From contig JANQPV010000022.1 in the NCBI GenBank assembly GCA_028285305.1, positions 137,322-201,321 on the forward strand: a stretch of DNA of 64,000 nt. The letters are read 5' to 3'. The notes below the pieces were generated by a model. It worked only from the letters and a program-made list of their open reading frames with translations, ran no database searches and had not been told where the DNA came from. Each line of letters begins with the position of its first letter. Within the stretch, counting starts at the first letter, position 1. Below are positions 34,793-45,392 of this stretch, in pieces. This DNA comes from Alphaproteobacteria bacterium. GTDB taxonomy: Bacteria; Pseudomonadota; Alphaproteobacteria; SMXP01. The position numbers and the translations under genes are program-made.

Positions 34793-37327
34793 ATGAATAA
34801 AAAGTTCTCAAAATTGTCGGCGCGCATTCCGCTCATGATTGTTGGTGTGGCGGTTATCTCTGTGATGGGTATTTCTGCTCTGATGTACTCTCAGTTTCAT
34901 GACCTTGTGAAAACAGAAGTCGAAGAGAGGCTGATGGTGGCGGCCGATCTGAAGGCGCATGAACTCAAGAGCTGGCTCGAAGGCATTGAGGCGGATATCG
35001 AAGGTCTGGCTGCAAACCCTTCAACGGTTTCTGCGATTGCCAATTTTGAGGCGGGGTGGAAGGCGCTTCCAGGGCAAGGTAATGCAACCGCGGAGCTTCA
35101 ACGGCTCTACATTTACGACAACCCTCACCCGACCGGTCAAAAGGAGAATTTGGACAGAGCCAGCGATGACTCTTTTTACAGTTCCATGCATGCGAAGTAT
35201 CACCCGGGCTTCCGCACCTTCCTCCGCAGTAAGGGCTATTACGACATCTTTCTCTTCAACGCGAATGGGGACTTGATCTATAGCGTCTATAAGGAATTGG
35301 ATTACGCAACGAATTTGCGTATTGGTCAGTGGGCTGATTCTGGTCTTGGCGAAGCCTTCCGTATGGCTGCTAATAATCCTAGTGGAGATTATATCTTCTT
35401 TAACGATTTTGCGCCTTACGCACCTAGCCACGGTGCACCGGCGAGCTTCATCTCAAAACCTGTTCTCGGCGCGGATGGTACTTTGCAGGGCGTTCTGGCG
35501 TTTCAAATGCCGATTGATCGTTTGAACATGCTGATGAAAGATCGCACGGGGATGGGAGAAACAGGTGAAACGTATCTGGTGGGTCAAGATCAGCTCATGC
35601 GTTCGGATTCTCCTCATTCGGAAGAATCAACGCTCTTGAAGCAGAAAGTTGAAACGGAGCATGTTGCTCGGGCGCTAAATGGGGAAACCGGCTACGATAT
35701 CGCCGCCAACTATAACGGAGTGCAGTCAGTTGTTGCTTACGAACCGGTTGAGTATAGAGGCGTGGTTTGGGCGATGGTCGCTGAGCAAAGTGTCAATGAA
35801 GCGTTCGCCCGTGAGGGGGAGATCATTCGCCAAATTGTCCTCATTGTCCTCCTTGGGATGGGGGTCATTGCGGGGATCGGCGTCTTTGTGGGCCGGAGCC
35901 TGTCCAAACCGATTACTGCGATTGTCGGTGTTATGACGCGAGTTGCGAAGGATGAGTTTGACGTACAAATTCCTTCTACGAACCGGAGCGATGAGATAGG
36001 TGATATCGCTCGCTCACTGGAAGTCTTCCGAGATGCAGGTCTCGAGCGGATCGAGATGGAGAAGCGGAACGAGGAAAATGTTCGCCGGGTCCAAGAGGAA
36101 GCCGAGCAGCGTATGACCGACGAGATCGGCCGCGTTGTTGAACAGGTGGCTGAAGGGGATCTTGCCGCGCGTGTCGATGTGGACGGCCGTGAAGGCGTGA
36201 TTATTGAGATTGGCAATCAACTCAATTCCGTTCTGGAAGTGATCGAATCCGTAAACGGTGAGCTCAAGGCCTCTATGCAGGCCATCGCCCATGGCGATCT
36301 GACCAGGAGGATTGAGGCCGACTATCGCGGCGAATTCAACGATATCAAAGTGTCCGTGAATACCGCGTGTGCTGAGCTCGAAAAAATGGTTACTCAAACG
36401 ACGCAAAGTGTGACTGCGGTCACAAATTCGGTCAAAGAAATCTCTTCGGGGACCGATGATCTCTCGACACGGACGGAACGCCAAGCATCCAACTTGGAAG
36501 AAACAGCGGCTGCAATTGAAGAGCTGTCTACGACGGTTCGGCAAAATGCGGACAATGCCGTGTCGGCAAACTCATTGACGGGGGACGCTAAGACTGCCGC
36601 AGAGAATGGGTCGTCGATTGTGGGTAACACGGTGGCAGCGATGTCCCAGATCGAAGAAATGTCTTCGCGCATCGTGAATATTGTGGGCGTGATTGATGAG
36701 CTTTCCCACCAAACCAATCTCTTGGCGCTCAACGCTGCTGTCGAAGCGGCACGCGCTGGAGAGGCTGGCAAGGGCTTTGAGGTCGTGGCGTCCGAAGTTC
36801 GATCACTTGCGCAACGTTCCAGTCAATCTTCGAAGGAAATACGTGAGCTGATTTTAAGCAGTGACGAGCAAGTCAAAAAGGGCGTGTCTTTGGTTGGTGA
36901 AGCAGGCTCAAGCCTTGAGGAGATCGTCAGCCAAGTCGACAAAGTTGCAACGATCGTTTCGGAAATTGCCTCGGCTTGTCAAGAACAGGCAACGGGGCTC
37001 GACGAGGTAAACTCTGCGGTTACGAGCCTTGATGAGATCACGCAACAAAACGCGGCTTTGGTTGAAGAAACAACTGCTTCCGTTGGAGCTCTGTCCAACG
37101 AGGCAGACCGGCAATCTCAGATCATTTCGTTCTTTCGAACCTCCGATGGTGGTGGTGACTCGTTTTCAGGCCTCTCCGTGGAAGCTGTCAGTCAGCATGC
37201 GAATGTAAGGCTTGATGGGCCGGTTCAGCAGGCTCCGGCTGCTGCTTCGAGTCCGCGAGCGGTTCCGGAAGCGCAGGGAAATCTGGCTGTCGCATTTGAC
37301 GACGATCCTGACTGGGATGAATTCTAG
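34793..37327 (+). CDS. methyl-accepting chemotaxis protein (Cache-like periplasmic domain, HAMP domains, C-terminal pentapeptide)
   Basis: Two TM segments, periplasmic sensor, [37 protein letters not shown], terminal DWDEF CheR-tether pentapeptide. Confidence 0.95.
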   Translation: MNKKFSKLSARIPLMIVGVAVISVMGISALMYSQFHDLVKTEVEERLMVAADLKAHELKSWLEGIEADIEGLAANPSTVSAIANFEAGWKALPGQGNATAELQRLYIYDNPHPTGQKENLDRASDDSFYSSMHAKYHPGFRTFLRSKGYYDIFLFNANGDLIYSVYKELDYATNLRIGQWADSGLGEAFRMAANNPSGDYIFFNDFAPYAPSHGAPASFISKPVLGADGTLQGVLAFQMPIDRLNMLMKDRTGMGETGETYLVGQDQLMRSDSPHSEESTLLKQKVETEHVARALNGETGYDIAANYNGVQSVVAYEPVEYRGVVWAMVAEQSVNEAFAREGEIIRQIVLIVLLGMGVIAGIGVFVGRSLSKPITAIVGVMTRVAKDEFDVQIPSTNRSDEIGDIARSLEVFRDAGLERIEMEKRNEENVRRVQEEAEQRMTDEIGRVVEQVAEGDLAARVDVDGREGVIIEIGNQLNSVLEVIESVNGELKASMQAIAHGDLTRRIEADYRGEFNDIKVSVNTACAELEKMVTQTTQSVTAVTNSVKEISSGTDDLSTRTERQASNLEETAAAIEELSTTVRQNADNAVSANSLTGDAKTAAENGSSIVGNTVAAMSQIEEMSSRIVNIVGVIDELSHQTNLLALNAAVEAARAGEAGKGFEVVASEVRSLAQRSSQSSKEIRELILSSDEQVKKGVSLVGEAGSSLEEIVSQVDKVATIVSEIASACQEQATGLDEVNSAVTSLDEITQQNAALVEETTASVGALSNEADRQSQIISFFRTSDGGGDSFSGLSVEAVSQHANVRLDGPVQQAPAAASSPRAVPEAQGNLAVAFDDDPDWDEF

Positions 37328-37357
37328 GTTCTCCTTGCAACAAGGAAACAAGGTGGC

Positions 37358-38923
37358 TTACGATTCGTCCGTCAGCCACTTTTCTTTGAGCTTGTCAAGA
37401 TAGTCTTTGGCCTCCTGAGACGTCAGTATCTCATTGAGCCGGCCCAACAATTGTTCGTCGCGTACAGCAATCCCGTAGGACTCGCTGGAGAAACCATACT
37501 CCTCTCTGTACAATCCTTTTAGATATTGATCCAGAGGCGGACCGTACTGGAATACGGTATTACCCAATTCGCCACTCAATGTACTGTTGTCCGAAATATT
37601 GAACTCCACGATCCCTTCCCGCAGCGCGCGTCTGGATCCCCCGGATTCTTCGAATTCGACGACGGAAAAGCCAAACTGTTTTTCCAAGTAGCGCGCCGCT
37701 TTGGCGTTTGTCGAATTGGGAGAAACACCAACGACCGCGCCGGACAAGGCTTGGGGGAAGGGACGATTAATGGTGCCGGAGGAGATGAAGATCTGATTCA
37801 CGTTTAAATAGGGCTCGGTGAAGTAAACGCCTGGGTTTTGTTCTTCACGTTTTTTTGTCCGGGTCATCGAAGAAATCACCATATCGAGCCGGTACTCCCT
37901 GAGCTCGGGCAGCAAATCTCGGAAGCGGATTTCATTGTGTTCGATCGAAAGCGGTGTGCCCAGCTCTTCGGATAATTGTGCGATGATCCATTGCTTGAAG
38001 TCCTGATCGAACCCTTCGAAGCCACCCTCGGATCGACGTTTATTAAATACGCCTCCAAAGGACCCGCTGAAGCCAATGCGAACAACGCCCGTACTCTGTA
38101 TGCGGTCAAAGATAGAGGGGTAGAGAACGAAATAGCCATAGTGGCTCCATGGGCCGAGGGCAGCTTGTTTTCCATCGACCAATTGTCCCGGTCTGATCCG
38201 CCATAAGAACTCTGTGGAAGAGTTCAGTTTGGCAGTGAGCCGGTTCACAGGGATGTGCAGAGGCTCGTCAATCCGTTTGAGAAAATCGAAGACGAGGGGT
38301 GGCATGGACTGATCGGAAATGTTTCTGATCTCCAGAATGTATCGACGTTCGAAGATCTCCTCGGGCTCTCGCCAGTCAAATTTCAGTGCCGATTTCATTG
38401 ACCCGACTTCTGTTGCTCCGGGTTGAGGAGTCAACAGAGAAACTCGCTTCGTCTCGATAACAAGCTCCTCAAAATTCTGTCGCGCTTCGCCGAGTTCAGC
38501 TTCCGTCTGGCTGAGTTCGTCGTTTCGTATTTCGAGCTGATCGCGCAGCGCATCAAGTTGAGACTCAAACTGCGATTGGGTGAGTTCAAATGTTCCGGCT
38601 GCCGCTCCGCCCACGAGCCCTGCAACGGCGCCCCAATTGATCAATATCGCACCCAAATTGCGCTCGTCCCGGGTTCCGGATTCGATGCTTCCGTCGGTCG
38701 AGGACGACAGTTTTCTTCGACTGTGGCCAACGGCGATGCGGCTGCCGATCAGCGCGCCGATGACGCCTGCAACAAGAACGAACAAGAGCAGCGGAATATC
38801 GCCGATTGTCCCGGCATAGCCAGGCCGGTTGCTAAAGAGAAAATACGCTCCAGCGGCAAACCCAAGTGCAACTAAGGTTGCAAGCGCGAACTCCAAACGT
38901 GCGTGCGATCGTAACTGAGACAT
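37358..38923 (-). CDS. membrane-anchored protein with C-terminal family-3 (polar amino acid) substrate-binding domain
   Basis: Three hydrophobic segments, coiled coil, beta-rich domain, then IFDRIQSTGVVRIG...GFD...DMVISSMTRTKKRE..FTEPY...ESYGIAV...LKEKW. Confidence 0.75.
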   Translation of the reverse strand: MSQLRSHARLEFALATLVALGFAAGAYFLFSNRPGYAGTIGDIPLLLFVLVAGVIGALIGSRIAVGHSRRKLSSSTDGSIESGTRDERNLGAILINWGAVAGLVGGAAAGTFELTQSQFESQLDALRDQLEIRNDELSQTEAELGEARQNFEELVIETKRVSLLTPQPGATEVGSMKSALKFDWREPEEIFERRYILEIRNISDQSMPPLVFDFLKRIDEPLHIPVNRLTAKLNSSTEFLWRIRPGQLVDGKQAALGPWSHYGYFVLYPSIFDRIQSTGVVRIGFSGSFGGVFNKRRSEGGFEGFDQDFKQWIIAQLSEELGTPLSIEHNEIRFRDLLPELREYRLDMVISSMTRTKKREEQNPGVYFTEPYLNVNQIFISSGTINRPFPQALSGAVVGVSPNSTNAKAARYLEKQFGFSVVEFEESGGSRRALREGIVEFNISDNSTLSGELGNTVFQYGPPLDQYLKGLYREEYGFSSESYGIAVRDEQLLGRLNEILTSQEAKDYLDKLKEKWLTDES

Positions 38924-39032
38924 TATCCCCACCTTCCATTACGCGCCATTTCAAGGTGTTGGAATTCGCCAGTCAACCTGTTTTTGGCGCTGGCTGGGCC
39001 AAAGAGGGCAGCATTAACGCATTCCTCATCCC

Positions 39033-39063
39033 CTTGAAACATAACGCCAACGGTACCACATCT
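39033..39063 (+). promoter_or_regulatory. RpoH (sigma32)-like promoter
   Basis: CTTGAA-N17-CCACATCT upstream of a small heat-shock gene. Confidence 0.65.
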
Positions 39064-39069
39064 CAGGTG

Positions 39070-39163
39070 GTTAAGTGGCTCCCATTAGAAGCCGAACCGC
39101 GGTCTGTGGCCTAAGATTTGGGATAGACCGCTCATTTTGTCGCTTATGAAAGGACAAAGAATG
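39070..39163 (+). ncRNA. ROSE-like RNA thermometer in the hsp20 5' UTR
   Basis: 3' hairpin TTTGTC-GCTTATGAAAG-GACAAA (39136-39158) with a UCGCU motif opposite the AGGA Shine-Dalgarno; the 5' boundary is approximate. Confidence 0.6.
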
Positions 39164-39652
39164 TCACGTGTTTCCTATTTCGATAGCCCCTTGCTCCTGG
39201 GGTTCGACCAAGTCGAGCGGATTCTTGACCGGGTAACGCGGTCGGCAAATGATGGGTATCCCCCCTATAATATCGAGCGTGTGGATGATCGGACATTGCG
39301 CATTACACTCGCTGTTGCGGGATTCGACGATAGCGCTCTGTCGGTGAGTGTGGAGGAAAGCCAGCTCGTAATTCGCGGGCGTAAACCTGAAGAAGAGGAA
39401 GAGCGTGAGTACCTGCACCGAGGAATTGCGACGCGACAGTTTCAACGTTCGTTCGTTCTCGCCGATGGTATCGAAGTCTCAAGCGCCCACCTCGACAAGG
39501 GGTTGCTCAGCATTGAGTTGCAGCGTCCGGTCCCTGAGACGATCGTCAGAAAGATTGATATTTCTACTGGAGATCAGAGTTCTTCAGCACAGAGAAAGGT
39601 CGGACGGTCCAAAGCGTCCTCTAAAACTGTTGTCGAAGTTGTAGATAGCTAA
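39161..39652 (+). CDS. small heat shock protein (Hsp20/IbpA family)
   Basis: SPLLLGFD, GYPPYNIE, RITLAVAGF, YLHRGIATRQFQRSFVLADG, GLLSIEL. Confidence 0.93.
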   Translation: MSRVSYFDSPLLLGFDQVERILDRVTRSANDGYPPYNIERVDDRTLRITLAVAGFDDSALSVSVEESQLVIRGRKPEEEEEREYLHRGIATRQFQRSFVLADGIEVSSAHLDKGLLSIELQRPVPETIVRKIDISTGDQSSSAQRKVGRSKASSKTVVEVVDS

Positions 39653-39740
39653 TCTTGCGCATTGCTTAATGTTTCCGCATACAGACCGCCTCTCGGTGTC
39701 ATCGCTGAGCCGGGAACGTGGTGCAAAGAAAGGTAAACTG

Positions 39741-40025
39741 ATGAACATTGAAAAAGACAGTCAAACGATATCGGCCGAAGACTTCGCGGCATTGGGGTCA
39801 AACAGCCTTGTTTATGTCCGTGAAGTCGATGTAGACCAAATCCAGCAGGAAATGCTGGAGATCGCTCCCGAACAATCTTTGGGCGAACAATTACAGCTTG
39901 CGGACGAGCAGAGATTCTTTGCTATCCATTTGGCGGATGGCACCCGGGTAGCGGTGCTGACTTCGCGCGATGCTGCCTTTACTGCCGCACGGCAGCATAA
40001 TATGAGCCCCGTGAGCGTCCACTGA
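39741..40025 (+). CDS. DUF1150 family protein
   Basis: FAALG...LVYVREV...FAIHLADGTRVA...RDAAFTAARQHNMSPVSVH; typical position downstream of hsp20. Confidence 0.85.
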   Translation: MNIEKDSQTISAEDFAALGSNSLVYVREVDVDQIQQEMLEIAPEQSLGEQLQLADEQRFFAIHLADGTRVAVLTSRDAAFTAARQHNMSPVSVH

Positions 40026-40306
40026 TCCCCTTAGTGCTGTCTTGGCGTTGGATGGACACGATCTCGGCGCCACCTTCTTTGGGTTGGTGGTCTGTCCCTG
40101 GGCGATGATGAGGCGTCTTCGCGCCGAACGCTTCTGTGCGCTTCGTCGATCGACCTCCGATTGGTTTGCCGCCGATTTTAGAGCTGGAAACGCGCTTGCA
40201 ATTTCACGCGGCTTTGCAGGCTGATGTCTTCTGGATGGGAGTTTCCTGCACCATCCGCTCTCCAGGCCTTTGAGGGAGTAGTTCTACCCGAGTTCATGAT
40301 GCGCGA

Positions 40307-40798
40307 TCAGGCGCCGGAGGCTTTGCGCATCTTTGCGGGAGAGGGGAATCCAAACGCGGATCTGACCGCGGCCACAAGTTCGTCTTTTGATCCTGCTTGG
40401 CGCAAGTAAGATCTGGTGACCGGATCCCTCAAGATTCGCGATACTTTTGCCAGCGCTTTGAGATGATCAGTGCCATTACATTCTGGCGCCAAAAGTAGAA
40501 ATATCAGATCAACAGCCTCACCGTCCACCGCATCGAAGTCGACCGGTTTTTGCAACCGTGCCAAAAAGCCAATCGGTTGCTCGACTTCCTTTAGGCGTGC
40601 ATGGGGGATTGCCACACCATGGCCCATACCGGTGGTGCCAAGACGCTCCCGTTCCAAAAGGACTTGCAAGATGTCACGTTCTTTTAGACCGGCGAAAGAC
40701 GCGGCTGCTTGTGCCAAACTCTGCAGAGCTTGCTTTTTGCTTGAGCATCTCAGCTGGTCTATTATCTGTTCCTCTTGGATCAGTGTCGTTGAAGTCAT
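40307..40798 (-). CDS. ptsN: PTS IIA-like nitrogen regulatory protein
   Basis: SKKQALQ, ERERLGTTGMGHGVAIPH, VDLIFLLLAPE, HLKALAKVSR. Confidence 0.93.
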   Translation of the reverse strand: MTSTTLIQEEQIIDQLRCSSKKQALQSLAQAAASFAGLKERDILQVLLERERLGTTGMGHGVAIPHARLKEVEQPIGFLARLQKPVDFDAVDGEAVDLIFLLLAPECNGTDHLKALAKVSRILRDPVTRSYLRQAGSKDELVAAVRSAFGFPSPAKMRKASGA

Positions 40799-40876
40799 CT
40801 GCTACCCACCGCTTTGCTCCATTACCCAAGTCATTTATTGTAGATTGAAGCCTGCGGCCTCATTTGTTGATGTTTT

Positions 40877-41482
40877 TCAATTCTTTACTCTGGAGAGATC
40901 GAGCCAGCCGATATTGCCGTCCGACCTCTGGTAAACAATGTTGATCGCGCCGTTTGACGTATTTCTGAATATGCGGACCGGTTCGTTGGTCAAATCCATT
41001 GTCATTGCTGCGTCGCCGACTGAGGCTTCGCTGATTTCAAGCTCTGTTTCCGCGATGATCAGCGTTTCTTCATCCTGATTGGTCGACGTTTCCGGCCCCG
41101 GCTCGGCTGATTGGGAGACAACATAGCCGGGAAATGGTTGATCGTCTGCTTTTGACCCTTTTGCGTGATGGTGCTTTAGGCGGCGTTTGTATCGCCTCAG
41201 CTGTTTTTCTAAGCGGGCCATGGCGGCGTTGAACGAAGAGTAAATATCAATGGCCTCGCTGGAGCTTTGCAGCGTGGCTCCAGTGTCCAAATGCACCATA
41301 CAATCACAGCGGTAGCCATGACCTTCATGACTGAAGGTTACGTCGACGGTTCCCGGCCTGGGCGAATATTTGTCTAATGCGGCTTGAAGATGCGCTTCGA
41401 CGTGTTCCGGCAACGCATCGCCGGTATCGATGTTTCTGCCCACCACGTTGATTTCAAACGAATTGTGATTCACTTCAGCCAT
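40877..41482 (-). CDS. hpf: ribosome hibernation promoting factor (long HPF/RaiA)
   Basis: GRNIDTGDAL, RLEKQLRRYKRRLKHH, C-terminal FRN...NIVYQRSDGNIGW; located between rpoN and ptsN. Confidence 0.9.
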   Translation of the reverse strand: MAEVNHNSFEINVVGRNIDTGDALPEHVEAHLQAALDKYSPRPGTVDVTFSHEGHGYRCDCMVHLDTGATLQSSSEAIDIYSSFNAAMARLEKQLRRYKRRLKHHHAKGSKADDQPFPGYVVSQSAEPGPETSTNQDEETLIIAETELEISEASVGDAAMTMDLTNEPVRIFRNTSNGAINIVYQRSDGNIGWLDLSRVKN

Positions 41483-41702
41483 AATCCTGCAATGGGATCG
41501 CGTCCTTGAATCCTGTCGGTTCGAGCTATTTTTTATGCGGTCGTCACCTGCTTCGACGTGTGATTTCTAACCGCTTTGGTAAGTCGACGAGACCCTATGT
41601 TTGCGTGGTTATCCTGTCAATAAAGCGTGGTCAAAAATTGGCTTAATCTTGCCCTCACGCGCCGAAATTCACAATATCGGGCGCTGTGTTCCGTCATCGC
41701 GC

Positions 41703-43253
41703 TCACACTGCCTGTTTCTTCATCCGGCGGCGCTGAATGGAAGAGGGGATCCGCAGGGCTTCGCGATACTTGGCCACGGTGCGCCTGGCGATTTCGATAC
41801 CTGACTCGTTCAGGATCTCCACAATCCGATCGTCGGACAGCACACTGTTCGGCTCTTCCTTGTCGATCAGCTCTTTGATCCGATGGCGGACGGCCTCCGC
41901 GGAATGAGCAGAGCCACCGTTGGACGACGAAATTGCGGACGTGAAAAAGTACTTTAGTTCGAAAAGTCCGCGCGGCGTTGCGATGTATTTGTTAGACGTG
42001 ACCCGGCTAATTGTCGATTCATGCATCGAGATCGCTTCGGCCACAGTCTTGAGGTTTAGGGGCCGCAGACAGTGGATTCCATGGACCAGGAATGCATCCT
42101 GCTGTCGTACGATTTCGGTAGCCACCTTCAAGATTGTTTTGGCTCGCTGGTCCAGGCTCTTTACCAGCCAAGAGGCGTTGTTGTAGCATTCAGAAAGATA
42201 GCCCTTGTCGTCAGCACTTTTTGCGACTTTGCTTATTTCCGCATAGTAACTTTGATTCAATAAGACTTTTGGCAAGGTCTCATTGTTCAGTTCAATCTTC
42301 CATGTGCCATCCGACTTTTGTCGGACATACACATCGGGAACAATCGCTTCTATTACTTCGTGAGCAAATGATAATCCAGGCTTCGGATCAAGTTGCCGAA
42401 TCTCATCCTGCATTTCCGCGAGGTCCTCTTGGTCAACCCCGCATATGGATCCCAGCTCGGTCAGTTTGCGTTCGGCCAGGAGCGGTAAGTTTTCTAACAG
42501 CGTTTGCATGGCCGGATCGAGCCGGTCTTTTTCTTTCAGTTGCAGCGCCAGGCACTCCGATAGATCTCGGGCGAAGACACCCGCTGGATCAAGACTCTGC
42601 ATGAACTTGAGATTATTTTCGATGGTTTCAGCTGTTGTACCAAGCCGGACCGCGATGGAGTCCACATCTTCTTTTAGGTAACCAGCCTCATCGATGGATT
42701 CGATCAAATACGCTCCAATGGCCCTTTCGATGTCATCCATGTTTGCAATCGAAAGCTGTTCCCTCAAATGGTCCCTCAGAGTTTTTTCTTTTGTCAGGGT
42801 TGCTTCGAGATCGTATCCATCTTCGCCGTAGGATGCTTGTCCTGAGCCTACGTTCTGCCAAGACGAAGCTTCAGGTCCTTGTTCAGGTTGATTGTTCTGA
42901 GCGTCCGCGCGCGTGTCTTCGGTGTAGACGGATTCATAATCGGCATCGAGCGAGTCTTGAGCCGTCTGCGATTCGCTTTGACCGCTGAGCGTTTTGTCCG
43001 TAGTTAAATCTTCCCCAAGGGATTCGGTTCGCTCGGTTCCATCCTGCTCTCGACCCGCTGAGGTCTGAGGGGCTGTGTTGTCATTTGATATGCTCTCTTC
43101 CAAATCCAGGAGAGGATTTCGTTCGACCTGATCTTCGACGTAGGATGAGAGTTCAAGGTTGGATAGTTGCAACAGCTTGATCGCTTGCTGCAACTGAGGC
43201 GTCATGACAAGGGACTGACTTTGCCGTATCTCCAGTTTCGGGGTTAATGCCAT
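41703..43253 (-). CDS. rpoN: RNA polymerase sigma-54 factor
   Basis: MTPQLQQAIKLLQL, MHESTISRVT, RpoN box ARRTVAKYRE. Confidence 0.98.
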   Translation of the reverse strand: MALTPKLEIRQSQSLVMTPQLQQAIKLLQLSNLELSSYVEDQVERNPLLDLEESISNDNTAPQTSAGREQDGTERTESLGEDLTTDKTLSGQSESQTAQDSLDADYESVYTEDTRADAQNNQPEQGPEASSWQNVGSGQASYGEDGYDLEATLTKEKTLRDHLREQLSIANMDDIERAIGAYLIESIDEAGYLKEDVDSIAVRLGTTAETIENNLKFMQSLDPAGVFARDLSECLALQLKEKDRLDPAMQTLLENLPLLAERKLTELGSICGVDQEDLAEMQDEIRQLDPKPGLSFAHEVIEAIVPDVYVRQKSDGTWKIELNNETLPKVLLNQSYYAEISKVAKSADDKGYLSECYNNASWLVKSLDQRAKTILKVATEIVRQQDAFLVHGIHCLRPLNLKTVAEAISMHESTISRVTSNKYIATPRGLFELKYFFTSAISSSNGGSAHSAEAVRHRIKELIDKEEPNSVLSDDRIVEILNESGIEIARRTVAKYREALRIPSSIQRRRMKKQAV

Positions 43254-43279
43254 GTGCGCCTTACATACTCATACTGAAT

Positions 43280-44038
43280 TTAGAGACTGAATCGCTCCCC
43301 CAAATACACGCGCCGCACATCCTCGTTGCCAACTATTTCCGACGGTGTTCCTTCCATGAGAACTTCACCGTCGTATATTATGTATGCCCGATCAATCAGG
43401 TCTAGTGTTTCACGGACATTATGGTCAGTAACCAGAACACCTAATCCCAAGGACTTTAAGTGACCAATCAGCTCCCTGATTTCTCCAACGGCAATCGGAT
43501 CGATGCCAGCCAGAGGTTCGTCCAACAACATGTAGCTTGGACGGCTCGCCAGGGCGCGCGCGATCTCAACCCGTCTGCGTTCACCGCCCGAAAGCGCAGG
43601 GGCCGGGGTGCGGCGCAGATGGCTTATCGAAAATTCCGCAAGCAAACTGTCTACAAATGCTTGTCTGCGTTCGGGAACCGGCTCGACGAGTTCTACGACA
43701 GCCCTTACGTTTTCTTCAACAGACATGCCGCGAAAGATGGATTGTTCTTGAGGAAGGTAGCCGATGCCCAAGCGCGAGCGACGGTACATCGGCAGTCCGG
43801 TCACGTCTTGACCGTCCACTTCGATTGTTCCGTAGTCAGCTGGAATCAAGCCCGTAATCATATAGAAGCAGGTCGTTTTGCCTGCTCCGTTTGGGCCCAA
43901 TAGACCGACAACCTCTCCCCGACTCACACTCAAACTCACACCTCTTACAACAGGGCGGTTTTTAAAACTCTTACCCAGCCTATTGGCCTTGAGACCCGTA
44001 TCGGCTTCAACGACGCGCAATTCCGGTTCCGCTTTCAT
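43280..44038 (-). CDS. lptB: LPS export ABC transporter ATP-binding protein
   Basis: GPNGAGKTT, GYLPQE, LSGGERRRVEIARAL, DEPLAGIDP, TDHNVRETL. Confidence 0.96.
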   Translation of the reverse strand: MKAEPELRVVEADTGLKANRLGKSFKNRPVVRGVSLSVSRGEVVGLLGPNGAGKTTCFYMITGLIPADYGTIEVDGQDVTGLPMYRRSRLGIGYLPQEQSIFRGMSVEENVRAVVELVEPVPERRQAFVDSLLAEFSISHLRRTPAPALSGGERRRVEIARALASRPSYMLLDEPLAGIDPIAVGEIRELIGHLKSLGLGVLVTDHNVRETLDLIDRAYIIYDGEVLMEGTPSEIVGNEDVRRVYLGERFSL

Positions 44039-44090
44039 AAAACACTACCCCTGTTAATTTTGCTTGAATCGCCGAATTTCGGCGTTTCCC

Positions 44091-44648
44091 CTACTCGCTG
44101 GATTCGTTTTCCGATGGAAGGAAACGCCCCGAAACGCGTCCTCCAGACTGTTTTCCGCTCTTGAGAATACTGCGTCCACTCTCCAGATCCATGTCCAGGC
44201 GCGTACCGCGCAGAACGTTGTCGCCGTGTGTCAAAACGACATTGTTCTTCATCACAATCGTTCGGTCTGTGACATCGTACTTTGCCCAATCCCCCTCGGC
44301 CGTCTCTTTGGGCGAAATCAGAACCACATCACCGATCGCGTGCATGTGGGTTATGGAATCGGAGGGGGCACCGCCGGCGCTGTCAGACTGTGTGTAATAC
44401 ACTTCAAGCCGCTCAGTTTTGAGCTGGATTTCTCCCTGCACGGCATCAACGTTCCCCTCGAAAATCGCAGTCTGCGCTTCTTGGTCAACCGTCAATCGGT
44501 CCGAAGCTATGTCGACGGCCTGATCGGTATTGTGACTGCCGTCCATGAAGACGTTACTGGTCTGCTCCTGGCTCCAAGTTGGGCCGGACCAAGCCACCAA
44601 AAGGAGCGCTAATGTAAGATTAATTCGCTTCAGCGTGCTTTTGGTCAT
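44091..44648 (-). CDS. lptA: LPS transport periplasmic protein (LptA/OstA)
   Basis: Signal peptide, IASDRL..AIFEGNV.AVQG, GRVSGRF; synteny with lptC and lptB. Confidence 0.88.
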   Translation of the reverse strand: MTKSTLKRINLTLALLLVAWSGPTWSQEQTSNVFMDGSHNTDQAVDIASDRLTVDQEAQTAIFEGNVDAVQGEIQLKTERLEVYYTQSDSAGGAPSDSITHMHAIGDVVLISPKETAEGDWAKYDVTDRTIVMKNNVVLTHGDNVLRGTRLDMDLESGRSILKSGKQSGGRVSGRFLPSENESSE

Positions 44649-45390
44649 TGAAAGACACCCTTGGTGTTTCAGGGGATGGGTAAACGACGGTTCTCACTTT
44701 GCCGTGGAACTTTATGCGTTTTGCGTCGTCCATGACCCGGAAGCTGTTGGATTCGACGTCTGCCCAACTGAGTTCTACATGGGTTCGAACTGTTCCGTAC
44801 GCTTCGTTCGATTCCAGATCGACAATTGCCTGCTCTGTCTTTACCTTGAAATCGTCTGCTTGGGTGACAATGACATTGCCGTTGAGCAGAAGCTTTTCTA
44901 GTTTTTTGTTATATGTTCCGCGATCAGATGTAAGGATCACAGTCTTATCCTGACCGGGCTGCGTGACTTCAGTCTTGTCTGAATTGGGGTAGAGTTTCCC
45001 AACGATCTCATCCAAATCCAAAATGTCAGCATTCTCACTTTGACGTACAGCGGTCGTCGCGGTTACTTCGAACGGTCTTCCTTGGCGGTCACGGCTTGTC
45101 AGTTTCGGCTCCAGCATATGGATGTCACTTTCCAGGTAAGGAAAGGTCGGTGTGTTGTTGGCCCAGTCTTTTGCCGCCTGATTATAAGTCTGCAGAGTTA
45201 CGAACACGGCAACAAGTGTAATGGCTGCCAATGCTGGCAATATGACCTTCATCATACTGACAAAATGGCTGTAGGGCTGTGCATCGGCCGAAGTTCTGTG
45301 GGATACGAGATGATCGCGCATCGACGACTGATCGGCCAACAAGGCGCGTTGCAGTTTGAGTTCTTTGGGAAGTTCGTGAGCGTCCGACAT
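44620..45390 (-). CDS. lptC: LPS export periplasmic protein LptC
   Basis: YSHFVSMMKVILP TM anchor, GRPFEVTA, F.GKVRTV; located between kdsD and lptA. Confidence 0.82.
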   Translation of the reverse strand: MSDAHELPKELKLQRALLADQSSMRDHLVSHRTSADAQPYSHFVSMMKVILPALAAITLVAVFVTLQTYNQAAKDWANNTPTFPYLESDIHMLEPKLTSRDRQGRPFEVTATTAVRQSENADILDLDEIVGKLYPNSDKTEVTQPGQDKTVILTSDRGTYNKKLEKLLLNGNVIVTQADDFKVKTEQAIVDLESNEAYGTVRTHVELSWADVESNSFRVMDDAKRIKFHGKVRTVVYPSPETPRVSFNDQKHAEAN

Positions 45391-45392
45391 CG

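Noticed and set aside
40026-40306. Short ORFs in the DUF1150-ptsN gap
   Set aside because: No convincing RBS/start or protein-like composition in any frame examined.
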